Positions 9,765 to 20,680 of a stretch of 64,000 nucleotides of DNA are shown piece by piece (position 1 is the first letter of the stretch; every line of letters starts with the position of its first letter). This DNA is from Meyerozyma guilliermondii (Eukaryota), in the NCBI GenBank assembly GCA_051546255.1, contig CP128818.1:186001-250000 (forward strand), written 5' to 3'. The position numbers and the translations under genes were made by a program. The notes beneath the pieces are model-generated. The model was not told the origin of the DNA, did not search any database, and saw only the letters and a program-made list of their open reading frames with translations.

Positions 9765-12095
9765 ATGACTGTTGACCATGTGGAATGGGCCTCACGCATG
9801 GTGCTGGGCGGACGTTTGCCGCAGCTAGAAGGCACTCCTGCGTTTCCTGCTGTGTTTTCAGCCGACGGGAAGCACCAGATTGTGGTTTTTACTCACCAAA
9901 TCAGAGTGTATTTTTTGGCTACTCGTCAGTGTGTTCGTTGTATTGACATCAATATTGGCCTGATTGTGGATATGTGTTTGGATCCGGGCTCGGCGTCGCA
10001 GATATTGCTATTCAGTGGCCTGGGCGGTGTTTTTTCTGTCAATTGGAAGGAAAAAGTTGCCAGTCCGGTGACGGAGGTTTTCGTGATGAGTCCTCCACAA
10101 GGGTATGTTTTGGCTTCTGCAAGCTGTTATGGCGACAGGTTTGTTGGAGTGTTCCAGAGCACCAAGAAAAAGGGCCCCAGCACTGCGTTGGTGCAGACTT
10201 TTCTGAAAGAAAATGAAGGAGAAACTAAGGTGGTAGTTGACGATGTCACCCCGGTATTTTCGTGGTCGTTTGACAAGTCCCAGGTTGTGTTTGTGACCAC
10301 GAGCCACGAGGTCGTTCGTGTGTCGGTTTCTGGCGACTCAGAGATGTCTGTTGAGCGAAATTCGTTCGTCTACAAATCGCCGGTGACGTCAGTAGCCGTG
10401 TCCAACGACGGTGTGGTGGCTCTTGGAACTGGTGCCGGACCCATACAACTCATCTATGTTGGTGGAAGTGACCAGCGGCTTCTCAAATGGCACATAGACC
10501 TGGTCAAAACCGTAGCATTTTCCCCAGATAACAAGTATCTTCTTTCCGGAGGACTTGAAAAAGTGTTGGTTCTTTGGCATTTGGACAGCGACAACCACCA
10601 ATTTCTCCCCCGACTCAACGGCACCATCGACAAGATCCACATAGATGTCCACAAAACAGACTGTTACTCCATGTTGCTTGGTTGTAGCGACGGAATCCAC
10701 CACGAAATGCTCACGATTCTGGCAGTGGACCTCGTTTCTCGTCTCACCGTCAACTCGGCACGACCCAGACTCGTTCCTGGTGTTGCCCACTCGCTTCGTC
10801 GTGCTTATAAGAAGCTCGGAAATCACGATAACCTCTACCAAGTGCCTATTCGTCAGGATTACTCGCTGCCTGCCGCAGTTCATCCCACCACCAACCAGGT
10901 CTATTTCCCCTCGGGAGCCTCCATTCAAATCTACGACTGGGTCCGCCAGGAACAGCAGTCGCTACTCAACGCAGCAGCTGTTTTACCCACTGGTAAAGTT
11001 CGTTCAGAAACAAAACTCGTCGACCCTAAAATTTCGCTCGTGGATTTCTCCAACGATGGTTCATGGATGGTCACTGTGGACACCGTCACACCCTCCCCAG
11101 TGGACAACCTCTTATCCAAGAGCGACGAGTACCATGCCCTCAAGTTCTGGAAGAACGTAGACTCCAAAAATGACGGTTCCAAATGGGAATTGGCATGTAA
11201 AATCATCGACCCTCACGGCCACGGAAACAAGATTTTCACCATCAAACCGGCACCTCTACTGAAAAACGAGCTTGCTTTCGTCTCTGCCGACGATAAAGGT
11301 GGTGTAAGAATATGGCGAGTCGTGAAAAACTTGTCCAATTCCAACCAGCAAACGGCATGGACTCTTCACAAAAGTAGCCCAGGCGGCATAGCGTCTTCGA
11401 GTGCGGTGGACGTCTGTTGGTCCCAAGATTCGTCGGTGGTGTTTTTGGCACACGAGACCTCGGTAACGGTGCTCGATGGCTACAAATTGACCACTTTAAA
11501 CCATATTTCGGGCATCGCCGACTCGCCCATAAGAGCCATAAACGTTCTTGAAAACCATCTTTTGGTGGTTTCGCAAACCAGAATCGCTTCCTACGACTTG
11601 ATTCGTGGTGCCTTTTCCTTCATAATAAGAGCTAACTTTCCTGAAGGTGCTCGCAATCTTGTCGCCATAGATTATGATTCTCGTCTTATTTGCGTGGCTG
11701 CAAATTACTATGAAAAATCCACCAATACCCTCGCAATCAAGTCCAAATTGCTAGTGTTCAACCACAATAATTTGGAGCCAGTTTTCACGAAAAATCACAA
11801 CCAGGGCATCACTTCTGTGCTCTGTGTTTCTGGATCCTTTTTGTTCGTGGACCTCGATGCTCGAGTGGGAATGCTCACATCGTCTCTGACCGAGTACCTG
11901 GAACTCAACGAAGATATCAAGCCAGATGTGAACCAAATTATGATCAAAGCCGAAGAAAGAGCACAGCAAGAAATCGCCCATAACAACGACCGAAAAACTT
12001 TTGATATGAATACGTTTGCCTCGGCTTTCGAAAACGCCCACTCTCTCACTCTCGACAGTTTGTTTGACCGGGTAGTGTCGATCACGGGAAGATAA
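9765..12095 (+). CDS. NAN1: U3 snoRNP/t-UTP WD40 protein Utp17/Nan1
   Basis: WD repeats incl. QRLLKWHID, YLLSGG.EKVLVLW, QFLPRLNG; the upstream ATG at 9744 lies inside a PAC motif so 9765 is preferred. Confidence 0.88.
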   Translation: MTVDHVEWASRMVLGGRLPQLEGTPAFPAVFSADGKHQIVVFTHQIRVYFLATRQCVRCIDINIGLIVDMCLDPGSASQILLFSGLGGVFSVNWKEKVASPVTEVFVMSPPQGYVLASASCYGDRFVGVFQSTKKKGPSTALVQTFLKENEGETKVVVDDVTPVFSWSFDKSQVVFVTTSHEVVRVSVSGDSEMSVERNSFVYKSPVTSVAVSNDGVVALGTGAGPIQLIYVGGSDQRLLKWHIDLVKTVAFSPDNKYLLSGGLEKVLVLWHLDSDNHQFLPRLNGTIDKIHIDVHKTDCYSMLLGCSDGIHHEMLTILAVDLVSRLTVNSARPRLVPGVAHSLRRAYKKLGNHDNLYQVPIRQDYSLPAAVHPTTNQVYFPSGASIQIYDWVRQEQQSLLNAAAVLPTGKVRSETKLVDPKISLVDFSNDGSWMVTVDTVTPSPVDNLLSKSDEYHALKFWKNVDSKNDGSKWELACKIIDPHGHGNKIFTIKPAPLLKNELAFVSADDKGGVRIWRVVKNLSNSNQQTAWTLHKSSPGGIASSSAVDVCWSQDSSVVFLAHETSVTVLDGYKLTTLNHISGIADSPIRAINVLENHLLVVSQTRIASYDLIRGAFSFIIRANFPEGARNLVAIDYDSRLICVAANYYEKSTNTLAIKSKLLVFNHNNLEPVFTKNHNQGITSVLCVSGSFLFVDLDARVGMLTSSLTEYLELNEDIKPDVNQIMIKAEERAQQEIAHNNDRKTFDMNTFASAFENAHSLTLDSLFDRVVSITGR

Positions 12096-12155
12096 ATACA
12101 TAGAACTAGTACCTCACTTATAGTGTAGTAGTTCACCGTCATCACTCATTACTAT

Positions 12156-14789
12156 TTACACGCTATTGCTCACTCTCTGTCTCATCACACTCTCCATCTT
12201 TGACAACGCCGTCTCCAACCGATCTTTGCGTTCACCCAACTCAATGTGTTTCTTGACCTTTGGATCCTCTTTAGCAAGCTCCTCCATTTCCTCTGGTGTC
12301 ATGGTGCCGAAAAACCGTCTATCCAATTCACGAGGAAATTTATAGTAGAAATCACTCAAAAGCTCCACATTCAAGAACAAGATGGCAGTGGATGATAACT
12401 TGTTCAGCACAGCATCCAAAAAGATCTCGGGACACTGGTACTTGTTTTCCTTGGACCGGCACTTTTTGCTGCTTTTGACAAACAGATGTCTCATCTGTAA
12501 AAGCGAAAGACGGTCCTTCAAAAAGAGTGCTTCGCGGCCCTTCTGGATCAACTGTCCCGAAAAGCCAAGCGCTTCGTTCAGGTTCACCTCACCGGACAGC
12601 TCTTGCCATTTGGTTAGATATGTCATAACCTGCAGTAACTTTCGGCCGCCAACTTCACGTTTGAGTTCATTAAATAGTTCGTCACATTGTCTCATTTCCT
12701 CCTTCAACAACCGCACCGCGTTCTCCTTGCTGCTCAACCATTCACGGTCTTCGGTTTCAATCTCGTACTTGAACGGCTTGATACAATTTTCCACCTGGTC
12801 GGCAGTCGAATAGTATTTTGCCAGAAGAACAGATTCTGCCGCATCTATTACGGCCTTGCGTGCCAAAGGATGGTTCCGCAATTGAGTGCCATCAACAAGG
12901 TTGCCTATTTCCGTCAAAATTGCAGTGGTTACTAGAGTAGTAGAAAACCGACCAATGCCCAATTTGGTTAGTGAGCTGGTGGCTAGGTCGAGTTTCTTGT
13001 GCCAGTAAACGTCGTCGTCGAGGTTTGAGAGTTGAGAGAGCTCCTTGAGAGGTGGCTCGGTCCTCGAATGAATAGCGGTGTCTGACCATGGCTGGTTCCA
13101 GTAGCGCTCTGCCAAAAGATCCAAAACCTTTTGGTCGATTTCATTTTGGAGTAAGCTGCGCAACTCTCTCCGTGAAAAGCGATGTGCCAATTCCTTGGTA
13201 GCAAGTTTCAACATATCGATGTTGTTCGCCAAGTACATTTGAGGTGTCAATGGCCGGTCATTGAACTCCACTTTGAACTGGTACGAGGTTTCTTCGAGTT
13301 CCTGCTGAATGGCAAGGTGTGTGGGTTTGAGTGCCGCCGCCATGCTGCGTTCTAATACTTTGATCAACTTCTTTTTCAATTGTCTGGTCAGAGTCACGGT
13401 TCCGTAGAATTCATCCTTGTGGTCCTTGAAGTATCCGTGCTCAAAGTTTTGCTGAGCAACGAAAGCCTGGTACCCAGTGATTGCCTTTCTCAGGAACAAG
13501 CCTCCACGACTCAGAGTTGCAGTATCGGGCGGTCTGGTGATCACTCCTACATATCCCATTCTTAAGGGATATTTCTTGTTGACAAGAATCAGACGAGCCA
13601 CGTCGGGCTCAACTAAGTCGAGCTTTGTGACCACTCCGATGGTGCGCTCGCCTCGTGGATCTGCCATCTTGGCTGCACGCAAAGCAGTGGAATTGGCAAG
13701 ATCGACGTTGGCGGCTTGAATTGCAAGAATGATATTTGGGGCAGTAAGATATCGGTCGCAAACGCTACGGATTTTCGATTTGAGCTCGGCGGGTTGGTCA
13801 GCCGCTTCGACCTGGATGTATCCGGGAAGATCGACGAGCGACAAGTCGGGAACCCGTGGTGATCGAATAGTGATTTGGATAGGGTCTGGCGAAATGCATT
13901 CTGTAAGTGGAACCGCCAAATTCAAGTCGACCAACACCTTTTGCACCTGGTCAAAATCCAGCATGTTGTGCATTTTGAGAGCAGGAAAATCGGCGGTTTC
14001 CGCAGCAGCATCTGGCGTGTTGATCAACGTTAACTCGATGGGTCTCCTAGTCACCATGTTCGAGCCCTTGGGCAAAAACTCGTGACCCACAATCGCTTCC
14101 AACACTGACGATTTTCCGCTCGATTGCGACCCAATCACCACAATCTGAGGAAGACGAAGAGCATCGGAGTGGTCGATGGAAGCAAGCAAATTACGGATTT
14201 CTATCATTTGCCGAGTAAGAGTAAGCATGCCCTCGTCGGTCTGGGCTCTGTCTGCCTCCACATCTTCGTCGTCGTCATCTTCAACAAGAGTTTCCTCGTC
14301 TTCGTCGTCATTTTCGTCATCGTTCCCGTCATCATCCTCAGCCGAAAGTCCCACCGCGGCCGCTGTTGCTCCCATAACCGTAGCGGTATCTTCGCCCGAC
14401 GGTCCTGAAGGATCGGTGGTCAGGCCGCTTCCACCATTGGATCCCCACCCGCTGAAAAATTCGCTGGTTTTGTCAAACACGCCACTCGAAAAATCTTTGA
14501 TGGCAGATAATTTATCCTGTGTGTAAGTGGAGGCCTGTTCGACCTTATAGGCAACATAGGTGCCTCCCGCCGCCATGGTTCCTCCAATATAAGCGGGAAC
14601 TCTGGTAGCTTTGGCCAAAATTTTGATGAAACCCAAATTACGCCGTGGCACCATGATTGCCAAAGGAGACATTTTCGTGATTTTTGAGGCCCTGTAAGGA
14701 GATATTCCGCTTATGCCTATGAATCTGCGCACATTTCGAGGTCCAGGGGACCGGATCCCTCGTAGTGCACTGGAGGCGCTACGAATCAT
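12156..14789 (-). CDS. MGM1: Mitochondrial dynamin-like GTPase Mgm1
   Basis: Arg-rich presequence; LPQIVVIGSQSSGKSSVLE, MVTRRPIELTL, DLPGYI, TKLD GTPase motifs; CPEIFLD. Confidence 0.96.
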   Translation of the reverse strand: MIRSASSALRGIRSPGPRNVRRFIGISGISPYRASKITKMSPLAIMVPRRNLGFIKILAKATRVPAYIGGTMAAGGTYVAYKVEQASTYTQDKLSAIKDFSSGVFDKTSEFFSGWGSNGGSGLTTDPSGPSGEDTATVMGATAAAVGLSAEDDDGNDDENDDEDEETLVEDDDDEDVEADRAQTDEGMLTLTRQMIEIRNLLASIDHSDALRLPQIVVIGSQSSGKSSVLEAIVGHEFLPKGSNMVTRRPIELTLINTPDAAAETADFPALKMHNMLDFDQVQKVLVDLNLAVPLTECISPDPIQITIRSPRVPDLSLVDLPGYIQVEAADQPAELKSKIRSVCDRYLTAPNIILAIQAANVDLANSTALRAAKMADPRGERTIGVVTKLDLVEPDVARLILVNKKYPLRMGYVGVITRPPDTATLSRGGLFLRKAITGYQAFVAQQNFEHGYFKDHKDEFYGTVTLTRQLKKKLIKVLERSMAAALKPTHLAIQQELEETSYQFKVEFNDRPLTPQMYLANNIDMLKLATKELAHRFSRRELRSLLQNEIDQKVLDLLAERYWNQPWSDTAIHSRTEPPLKELSQLSNLDDDVYWHKKLDLATSSLTKLGIGRFSTTLVTTAILTEIGNLVDGTQLRNHPLARKAVIDAAESVLLAKYYSTADQVENCIKPFKYEIETEDREWLSSKENAVRLLKEEMRQCDELFNELKREVGGRKLLQVMTYLTKWQELSGEVNLNEALGFSGQLIQKGREALFLKDRLSLLQMRHLFVKSSKKCRSKENKYQCPEIFLDAVLNKLSSTAILFLNVELLSDFYYKFPRELDRRFFGTMTPEEMEELAKEDPKVKKHIELGERKDRLETALSKMESVMRQRVSNSV

Positions 14790-14911
14790 GGATGTTGTTA
14801 GTTGCGATTCAATAATAAAGATTTGAGTCCTGCGATTATGAGTTCGCGGTACTGCAGATAGGTACAGACTGATATATATATTTCGGCTAGTTATTTTGGC
14901 TGCAATTACTT

Positions 14912-16399
14912 CTATCGACCCAAGTACTTTTTCTCAAAAGGTCGTACCATATTGTACCCAATAAATGCAAAAGCAATATTGAGCTCGAAGGATATGTCTC
15001 CGTGTATTTCCCTAGCGATAACTCCCAGATACCAAGTTTGGTCCATGGAAAGCACCGTCGAGGCCACACCAAAGAGGAACCCAACCACACCAGCAATACC
15101 AAAAGGAAGGGTTTTCCGGTTCTCAAAGTTGGTCACATCGTAGCCGCCAAATCCCCGGCGGTATATCCAGTGTTCGGCCATGGATATGCCAATATAAATC
15201 GAAACGTTGTAGCCGATGATGGAGAGAAAGTTGGACATGGTTTCGGCAAAAACATAGTAAGCTGGAATGGCGAGTCCAAGCGATACAAAGTTGCCGATGA
15301 GGCACCAGCCAAGACGAGGAAACCGGGCGAGAGGAGACCAGATGGCCTGGGCAGCTAAAGCAAGCGAATAGGAACCAGGAACGTTATTGGCTATAGCTGA
15401 AAGGGCAAGAATAACACAGCAAAATTTCCCAAAACCATGGAGATTGTTGACCACCAAGATCTGGTACATCAAGCCTCCAATTGACCCTTTTTCATAGGCG
15501 GCTTGGTATATTGGAGTGGATACTGTTGCCGTTGCGCATGCCGCACCCAAAATTAAGGTGAACATAGATGGAATTGCCAACCCAGCAACCATACTAAAAA
15601 AGATCTGGTAACCTGGAGTTGAGCTTGGCATGTACACAAAGTAGTCTGCGGAAGAAGGAACCCAACCGGCAACAAATCCAAAAATGGTTGCAATGAAACT
15701 GAGAACATTTCCTGAAGTGGAGGCGGACATGTCTCCAAAAGTAAAAGTATGGGTCATGGTGAGTCGAGCAATTACCACCAAGTACACAACAAAATTGGGA
15801 ATCCATGAGTACCGTTCATAAAGGTGAATCACCTTGTAACCGGCCATGGCTACTCCACAAGTTAACACCACAAAGATCAAGCAGCCAGCCCAAGGAGGTA
15901 AAGGGCCCATAGATGCTAATAATTGAACTGCGGGAATCAAATTTATACCGTTCCATCCTATGCAACTGATAACATTGAAAAGTGCAAAGATTCGGCCCAT
16001 AATGTTGCCGGTCAAGTACCGAGACAAGATCTGTTGTCGGAGCCCAAAACGAGCTCCAAACACTGCAAAGAGTCCCACGGGAAGAGCACCAATAACAGAC
16101 CAGATTACTGAACACAAAACACAAGTCCAGAAATCTAGACCAAAAAGTGCCGGTCCTAAAGCTCCGGTACTTAATGCTGCAATCGACATATTTGGTGAAA
16201 GAAACATTGTTAGCGGCGATAACTTGGAAGTATCAACTCTTTTGTCCTCAGGAACTCGCTCCACACCCCTTATCTCTGCCCGAAATTTGCGTCCAATTCG
16301 GTTGATGAAATTTTCCAGTTCTTCATGGCTGCTAAAAGTGGTTGCAGATACTTTAGTTTCTTGCGTTTGCAATTCGTCAGCTTGCAATTTTTCCGTCAT
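14912..16399 (-). CDS. Purine-cytosine permease (NCS1, Fcy2 family)
   Basis: IRGVERVPE, GARFGLRQ, YERYSWIP and about 12 hydrophobic segments; first ATG at 16399. Confidence 0.9.
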   Translation of the reverse strand: MTEKLQADELQTQETKVSATTFSSHEELENFINRIGRKFRAEIRGVERVPEDKRVDTSKLSPLTMFLSPNMSIAALSTGALGPALFGLDFWTCVLCSVIWSVIGALPVGLFAVFGARFGLRQQILSRYLTGNIMGRIFALFNVISCIGWNGINLIPAVQLLASMGPLPPWAGCLIFVVLTCGVAMAGYKVIHLYERYSWIPNFVVYLVVIARLTMTHTFTFGDMSASTSGNVLSFIATIFGFVAGWVPSSADYFVYMPSSTPGYQIFFSMVAGLAIPSMFTLILGAACATATVSTPIYQAAYEKGSIGGLMYQILVVNNLHGFGKFCCVILALSAIANNVPGSYSLALAAQAIWSPLARFPRLGWCLIGNFVSLGLAIPAYYVFAETMSNFLSIIGYNVSIYIGISMAEHWIYRRGFGGYDVTNFENRKTLPFGIAGVVGFLFGVASTVLSMDQTWYLGVIAREIHGDISFELNIAFAFIGYNMVRPFEKKYLGR

Positions 16400-17136
16400 T
16401 TGGACCACCTAAAGAGAAAACTGGCTCGGGATGCGGGGCATAGATATCAGATCTGAATCGGGGCAAAGCCCTACGGTATCAGCGCCGTGCCATCGTGGTG
16501 TCCGGATGTGTCAAAATTCAATCGTGCAGGTGCGTACATATATGGCAGTGTTTATGTGCAGTGCATTAGATGCAGAAATTTTCTACCATAAAATTATGAA
16601 ACGATTTTTATAAACCGTTGCCGAGCATTAATATTTCTTCGATTTGATCGTGAAATTTCAGGAACAAATAATGTTTTTTGAAGTATTTGTCTTAAAATTG
16701 TAGGGTAGAAATTAACCTCCGAATTATGTATGCTCCCGCTTATGCCCGGCTGTATTCCCGGCTAATGTATGGCCTAATCAGCCGCGATATTTATCGTCGG
16801 CCCGACTGCCGACCGTGCTTCTTGCGGCCGAAAGTTCACGGCGCCGACTCGTGCCGGACTTACCTAAATAAGCAATCTCGCAAACCCTGCATGCGCACCA
16901 CATCTGGGGTTCTAGGCTCTCTTGCATATGCCTGCTACCTTGGTGGGCAAGAAAGCCAAAAACCTACGTCATACGGGCAAGTGATCTGAAACCCTTGATA
17001 ACGGCCAAGCTGAATAGACAAGCCGACATGTCGGCCAAGAAACGTGCAAAACTCGTATCTGTTCATTTCTCGTCTACACTCTGAAATCTATCGTATCTAT
17101 TAAAGAAGTCATAAGTCGTATCAGTCGTGGCGTAAT

Positions 17137-17730
17137 TCATATCATGCGTTTCATAGAAAGAGATTCTGACGACACCATCGCCGGCAGATTATGAGGCTTG
17201 AATAAGCTATGATTCATGATTTTTGATTCCAACTCGTCTTGACTGAAACTACGAGGAATGGTGTGGAGGTTGATGGACGATGCGTGTGAATGGGTTTCTG
17301 GTTCTTCGGAGATGACGGGCAATGCATGTTTATAGAATAGGTCTTCTTCTTCACTCTCGAGATCGCTATCTGATTCTGAGTCATAAACGTCTTCGTAAAC
17401 GCGCAATTGAGGTTGCTGCACTTCTTCATCATCGTCTTCAAACTCATAATCTGAATCCGAATCAAAGTCTGAGTCAGAATCTGAGTCATCATCCACTTCA
17501 TATTCCACAACTTTGGTGGGGGTTTCACGGTGAACAGTAGGTACGTCTTTGAAAGAAACTTTGGATTTGGCTGCTCTATTCTTAGATTCTTCTGAAATAT
17601 GGTCTAATAAGGAGTCCAACATATTAGCTTGAACCACTAAACTCCTCAATGAAGACTTAGGATCCTGAGCATCTCTTGTCAATTTTGACCTCACTTTGGA
17701 GGCCAAAGCATAAGATTGAGCAAGTGACAT
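17137..17730 (-). CDS. ECM13: Ecm13-like protein
   Basis: MSLAQSYALASKVRSKL...LRSLVVQANMLDSLL N-terminal motif followed by an acidic tract. Confidence 0.75.
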   Translation of the reverse strand: MSLAQSYALASKVRSKLTRDAQDPKSSLRSLVVQANMLDSLLDHISEESKNRAAKSKVSFKDVPTVHRETPTKVVEYEVDDDSDSDSDFDSDSDYEFEDDDEEVQQPQLRVYEDVYDSESDSDLESEEEDLFYKHALPVISEEPETHSHASSINLHTIPRSFSQDELESKIMNHSLFKPHNLPAMVSSESLSMKRMI

Positions 17731-19234
17731 GATAACTTGGTGAGGAAATCCCTTGCTTTTATAGCAACGGCAAATGAGTCAAAAATTTGGAAAATAAATA
17801 TGCACGAATATGCACAATAAATAAGCCTGCAGAAGAATACTCCTTGCTGTAAAAAATTCTATTTTGTGCGATTAGCAACAATAATAAATGGGAGGATTAA
17901 CCGATGGAAGATAACAACACCACAATAATATCACTTAGTACAATGACCGTAATAATGTGGGAAGGTATAATGGCCAGCGATATTTGTTGGCTTTAATACT
18001 AATTCTTTGTTGGCAATATATTTGTTACCGGTAATTTTGTCTTGTTTTTTTTTTGTAAGGCTGAATGTCTCAGGAAACAGCTAATTATATATGTTTGCCT
18101 GACAAATTGGATTAGAAATGAGCCGAGCCGGCGGCCGCACCTCTATTCCCGTTCCTGCACATCGGGCCGGAGATTGCGCGGTTATAACGGAACGGAGCCA
18201 GGCCGGAAGCACAAGACACCAACAAACACCATCAACAACAACAAACCAACAAGCTCCAAAACAAACAAAAACCTGCTACAATAATTCAAAACAATCCACA
18301 AACCTTTTTACACTTGTTGATTTACAATTTGTAAGATTTGATGTGTCCTGCACACAATCACCCCAGTTTGTCAGCGATGCCTATAAACTTAAAGTTATAC
18401 TTAAACTTTAGATAGGAGTCATAGAAAAAGGTATTGATTAGCGCTGTATGTAATAGCAATGCGAATCACATACAAATAGGAACTCCGGATTGCAGGGGTA
18501 TACCCTCGGATTCCATTTGTCGCGCACCGGATATACCTGCGCAATTGGCGGGCCAGCCACGAGTTCCGAATATTCGATCAGAGTGAGTAGAAGTACAAAC
18601 TGAGTAAGCAAGACAAGAAAAAGTAAAGAAGAGTAAGTAAGCAACACAAGAAAAAGTAAGAATAGTATGTAAGCAAAAGTAAGCAAAGTCGCATAACAAG
18701 TAAATTGAGAATAATTAGCAAAATGTTCCTGACTTTCTTAAAAGTCCGTTTTGTAGATTTATGTCTACTAGCCACAGAACTATCAAGTCTCATCCTATCC
18801 GGGAAAGGCGTCCATTGCATTCGCCACTTATGATTTATATTCGGCTCCTGCATACCGACGTTGAATTAGTCCTTGGTCCGCGCTCGTAACCGTGGCTAAT
18901 GGCTATCCGAGTGAAAATTTCCGGACATGATTGACTCTAGCTAATGAAGTCATATTCCATTACATCACGATTGTCGGGCTGAGGAATGACGGCGATCAAT
19001 GTTGCCTAACGGCGCCGTACGGCGTTTCCGGCCGAATAGTCGCCGTCTCCGGTACCGCCGATACCTCCGTTTCAGCCGTCCGCGGTGAGAAATGGTGTAT
19101 GGGTGTCACGTGACGAGCTAATTACGAACCGATTCCGACGAGTCTCTGATCCCCCTTCTTTTCGTCCTCTTCCTCTACACTCTCTACATTCCTATTCCAC
19201 TCAATTCCTACTACGTGTATTATGATCTATCCCA

Positions 19235-19552
19235 TTAATCGAACAATCCGAATCCCATGTCGTCATCGGATTCTTCAGCGGCTTCTTCAGCAGCTTCCTC
19301 GGCAGCTGGAGCATCTCCGGAGGCAGCGGCGGCAGCAGGAGCAGAACCAGCAGCTGGGGCAGCAGCAGCAAAAGAAAACAAGATTTCTTTCAAGTCTTTT
19401 CCTTCCAAACCCTTGGCGAAAGTTTCGGCCCACACGTTTTCAACGGAAGCACCAGCGGCTTTAGTGATGGCCAACAAGTTGGAAGCAGAGATCTCGACCT
19501 CAGAGTCGGCCAAGATCAAGGCGGCATATGATACAGAAGCTTCGGCAGACAT
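19235..19552 (-). CDS. RPP1: 60S acidic ribosomal stalk protein P1
   Basis: [24 protein letters not shown]-terminal [13 protein letters not shown]. Confidence 0.97.
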   Translation of the reverse strand: MSAEASVSYAALILADSEVEISASNLLAITKAAGASVENVWAETFAKGLEGKDLKEILFSFAAAAPAAGSAPAAAAASGDAPAAEEAAEEAAEESDDDMGFGLFD

Positions 19553-19603
19553 GGTTAGTGAGTTGAGAAATTCGGTGTTGAAGATTTTCGCGGAAACACT
19601 GTG

Positions 19604-19620
19604 CACGTGCAGTGCACGTG
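19604..19620. promoter_or_regulatory. Tandem CACGTG (Cbf1-type) sites upstream of RPP1
   Basis: CACGTG at 19604 and 19615, 11 bp apart; Cbf1 co-regulates ribosomal protein genes in C. albicans. Confidence 0.5.
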
Positions 19621-19816
19621 AGGCACGAGAAGCAGTCACAGCAGCTGGCAGCGAACGCAGGCTGCGAACGTAGTGAGCTGCCTGATACCTATACCTACTA
19701 GCACTCAACTCCCCTCCATAATATCTTTATATCTATCTTTTTATCTCTACAATCTCATTCTCTCATTTTTTCCCATTCTTTGTGCATTTTGCCCTTTTCT
19801 TGTCTTATTTACATGG

Positions 19817-20593
19817 CTACAAAAACGATTCCAAATCTCCCAACCATTTTCTGTACTCTCTCTCCTCCTTGAACTCACTGTATCCAATGATAAATTCAGC
19901 CAATTCCTCACTGATTCCACATTCTTCCAAGTATGTTTCAAATCCCGTTTGCAACGACTCATCCAAATCGGAAAATCTAGGCCCTTGGTACTCGAATTTA
20001 TCAACGTATTCTCCACGAGTCAAGATATCTTCGGAAAGAAATTTCGAAGCATCAGCCTTGTAGTTGACGAAATCAACCAAAAATGACGCTTCGGATCCTT
20101 GCAAAAACAAATTCATAAAAAGAGCATCGTTTTTATTGGAGTTTTCCACCATCACTCTGACATTACAAAGCAACGAATCCAACGATTCCATCTCCTCCTC
20201 CATATCCATTTCCTCCTCACCATTGGTCTCGTTCATAGGGATATCCGTCACCTCATCAATATCGAAAAACACCCGAATAATTTCACCATTATCACCATTT
20301 TTCACCAATTGAACATTCGATTTTCCCTCACTTTCTTCCACTTTGAACCCGGACTTGTCAAGGAAATCAAGGTAGCTCTGATCCAACTCATTTGGGATCG
20401 CTTTGGAGATTTTCAACTCTGACTTTAAAACATCCTTTAATTGCACGGAAGCAGAAGAATTGTACCGAATACCACCCACCAGCAAGACTGGCATTCTGAC
20501 ACTTCTGGTGGCTCCTACCAATGCAGAACGCATGGAAGGTCTAGCCAATTGACCCAATGACTTGACAGCTTTGAAAGGAACAGATTTGAACAT
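19817..20593 (-). CDS. MAM33: Mitochondrial acidic matrix protein Mam33
   Basis: Presequence; YQGPRFSDLDESLQ...YLEECGI...YSEFKEEREYRKWL. Confidence 0.92.
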   Translation of the reverse strand: MFKSVPFKAVKSLGQLARPSMRSALVGATRSVRMPVLLVGGIRYNSSASVQLKDVLKSELKISKAIPNELDQSYLDFLDKSGFKVEESEGKSNVQLVKNGDNGEIIRVFFDIDEVTDIPMNETNGEEEMDMEEEMESLDSLLCNVRVMVENSNKNDALFMNLFLQGSEASFLVDFVNYKADASKFLSEDILTRGEYVDKFEYQGPRFSDLDESLQTGFETYLEECGISEELAEFIIGYSEFKEEREYRKWLGDLESFL

Positions 20594-20680
20594 AATACGA
20601 TTGCTGACAGGAAAAAGGGAATCTGAATTTAACGATGGCGCGGGATGGTGTTGTCTGTCTGCAGGAACACGATAGATTCT

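Noticed and set aside
16409..16425. Possible 3' splice site (ttttctctttag) before the permease ORF
   Set aside because: No convincing branch point or donor found; an in-frame ATG at 16399 suffices
18438..18853. Hydrophobic small ORFs on the minus strand
   Set aside because: Hydrophobicity derives from a T-rich low-complexity repeat in all frames; no recognisable motif
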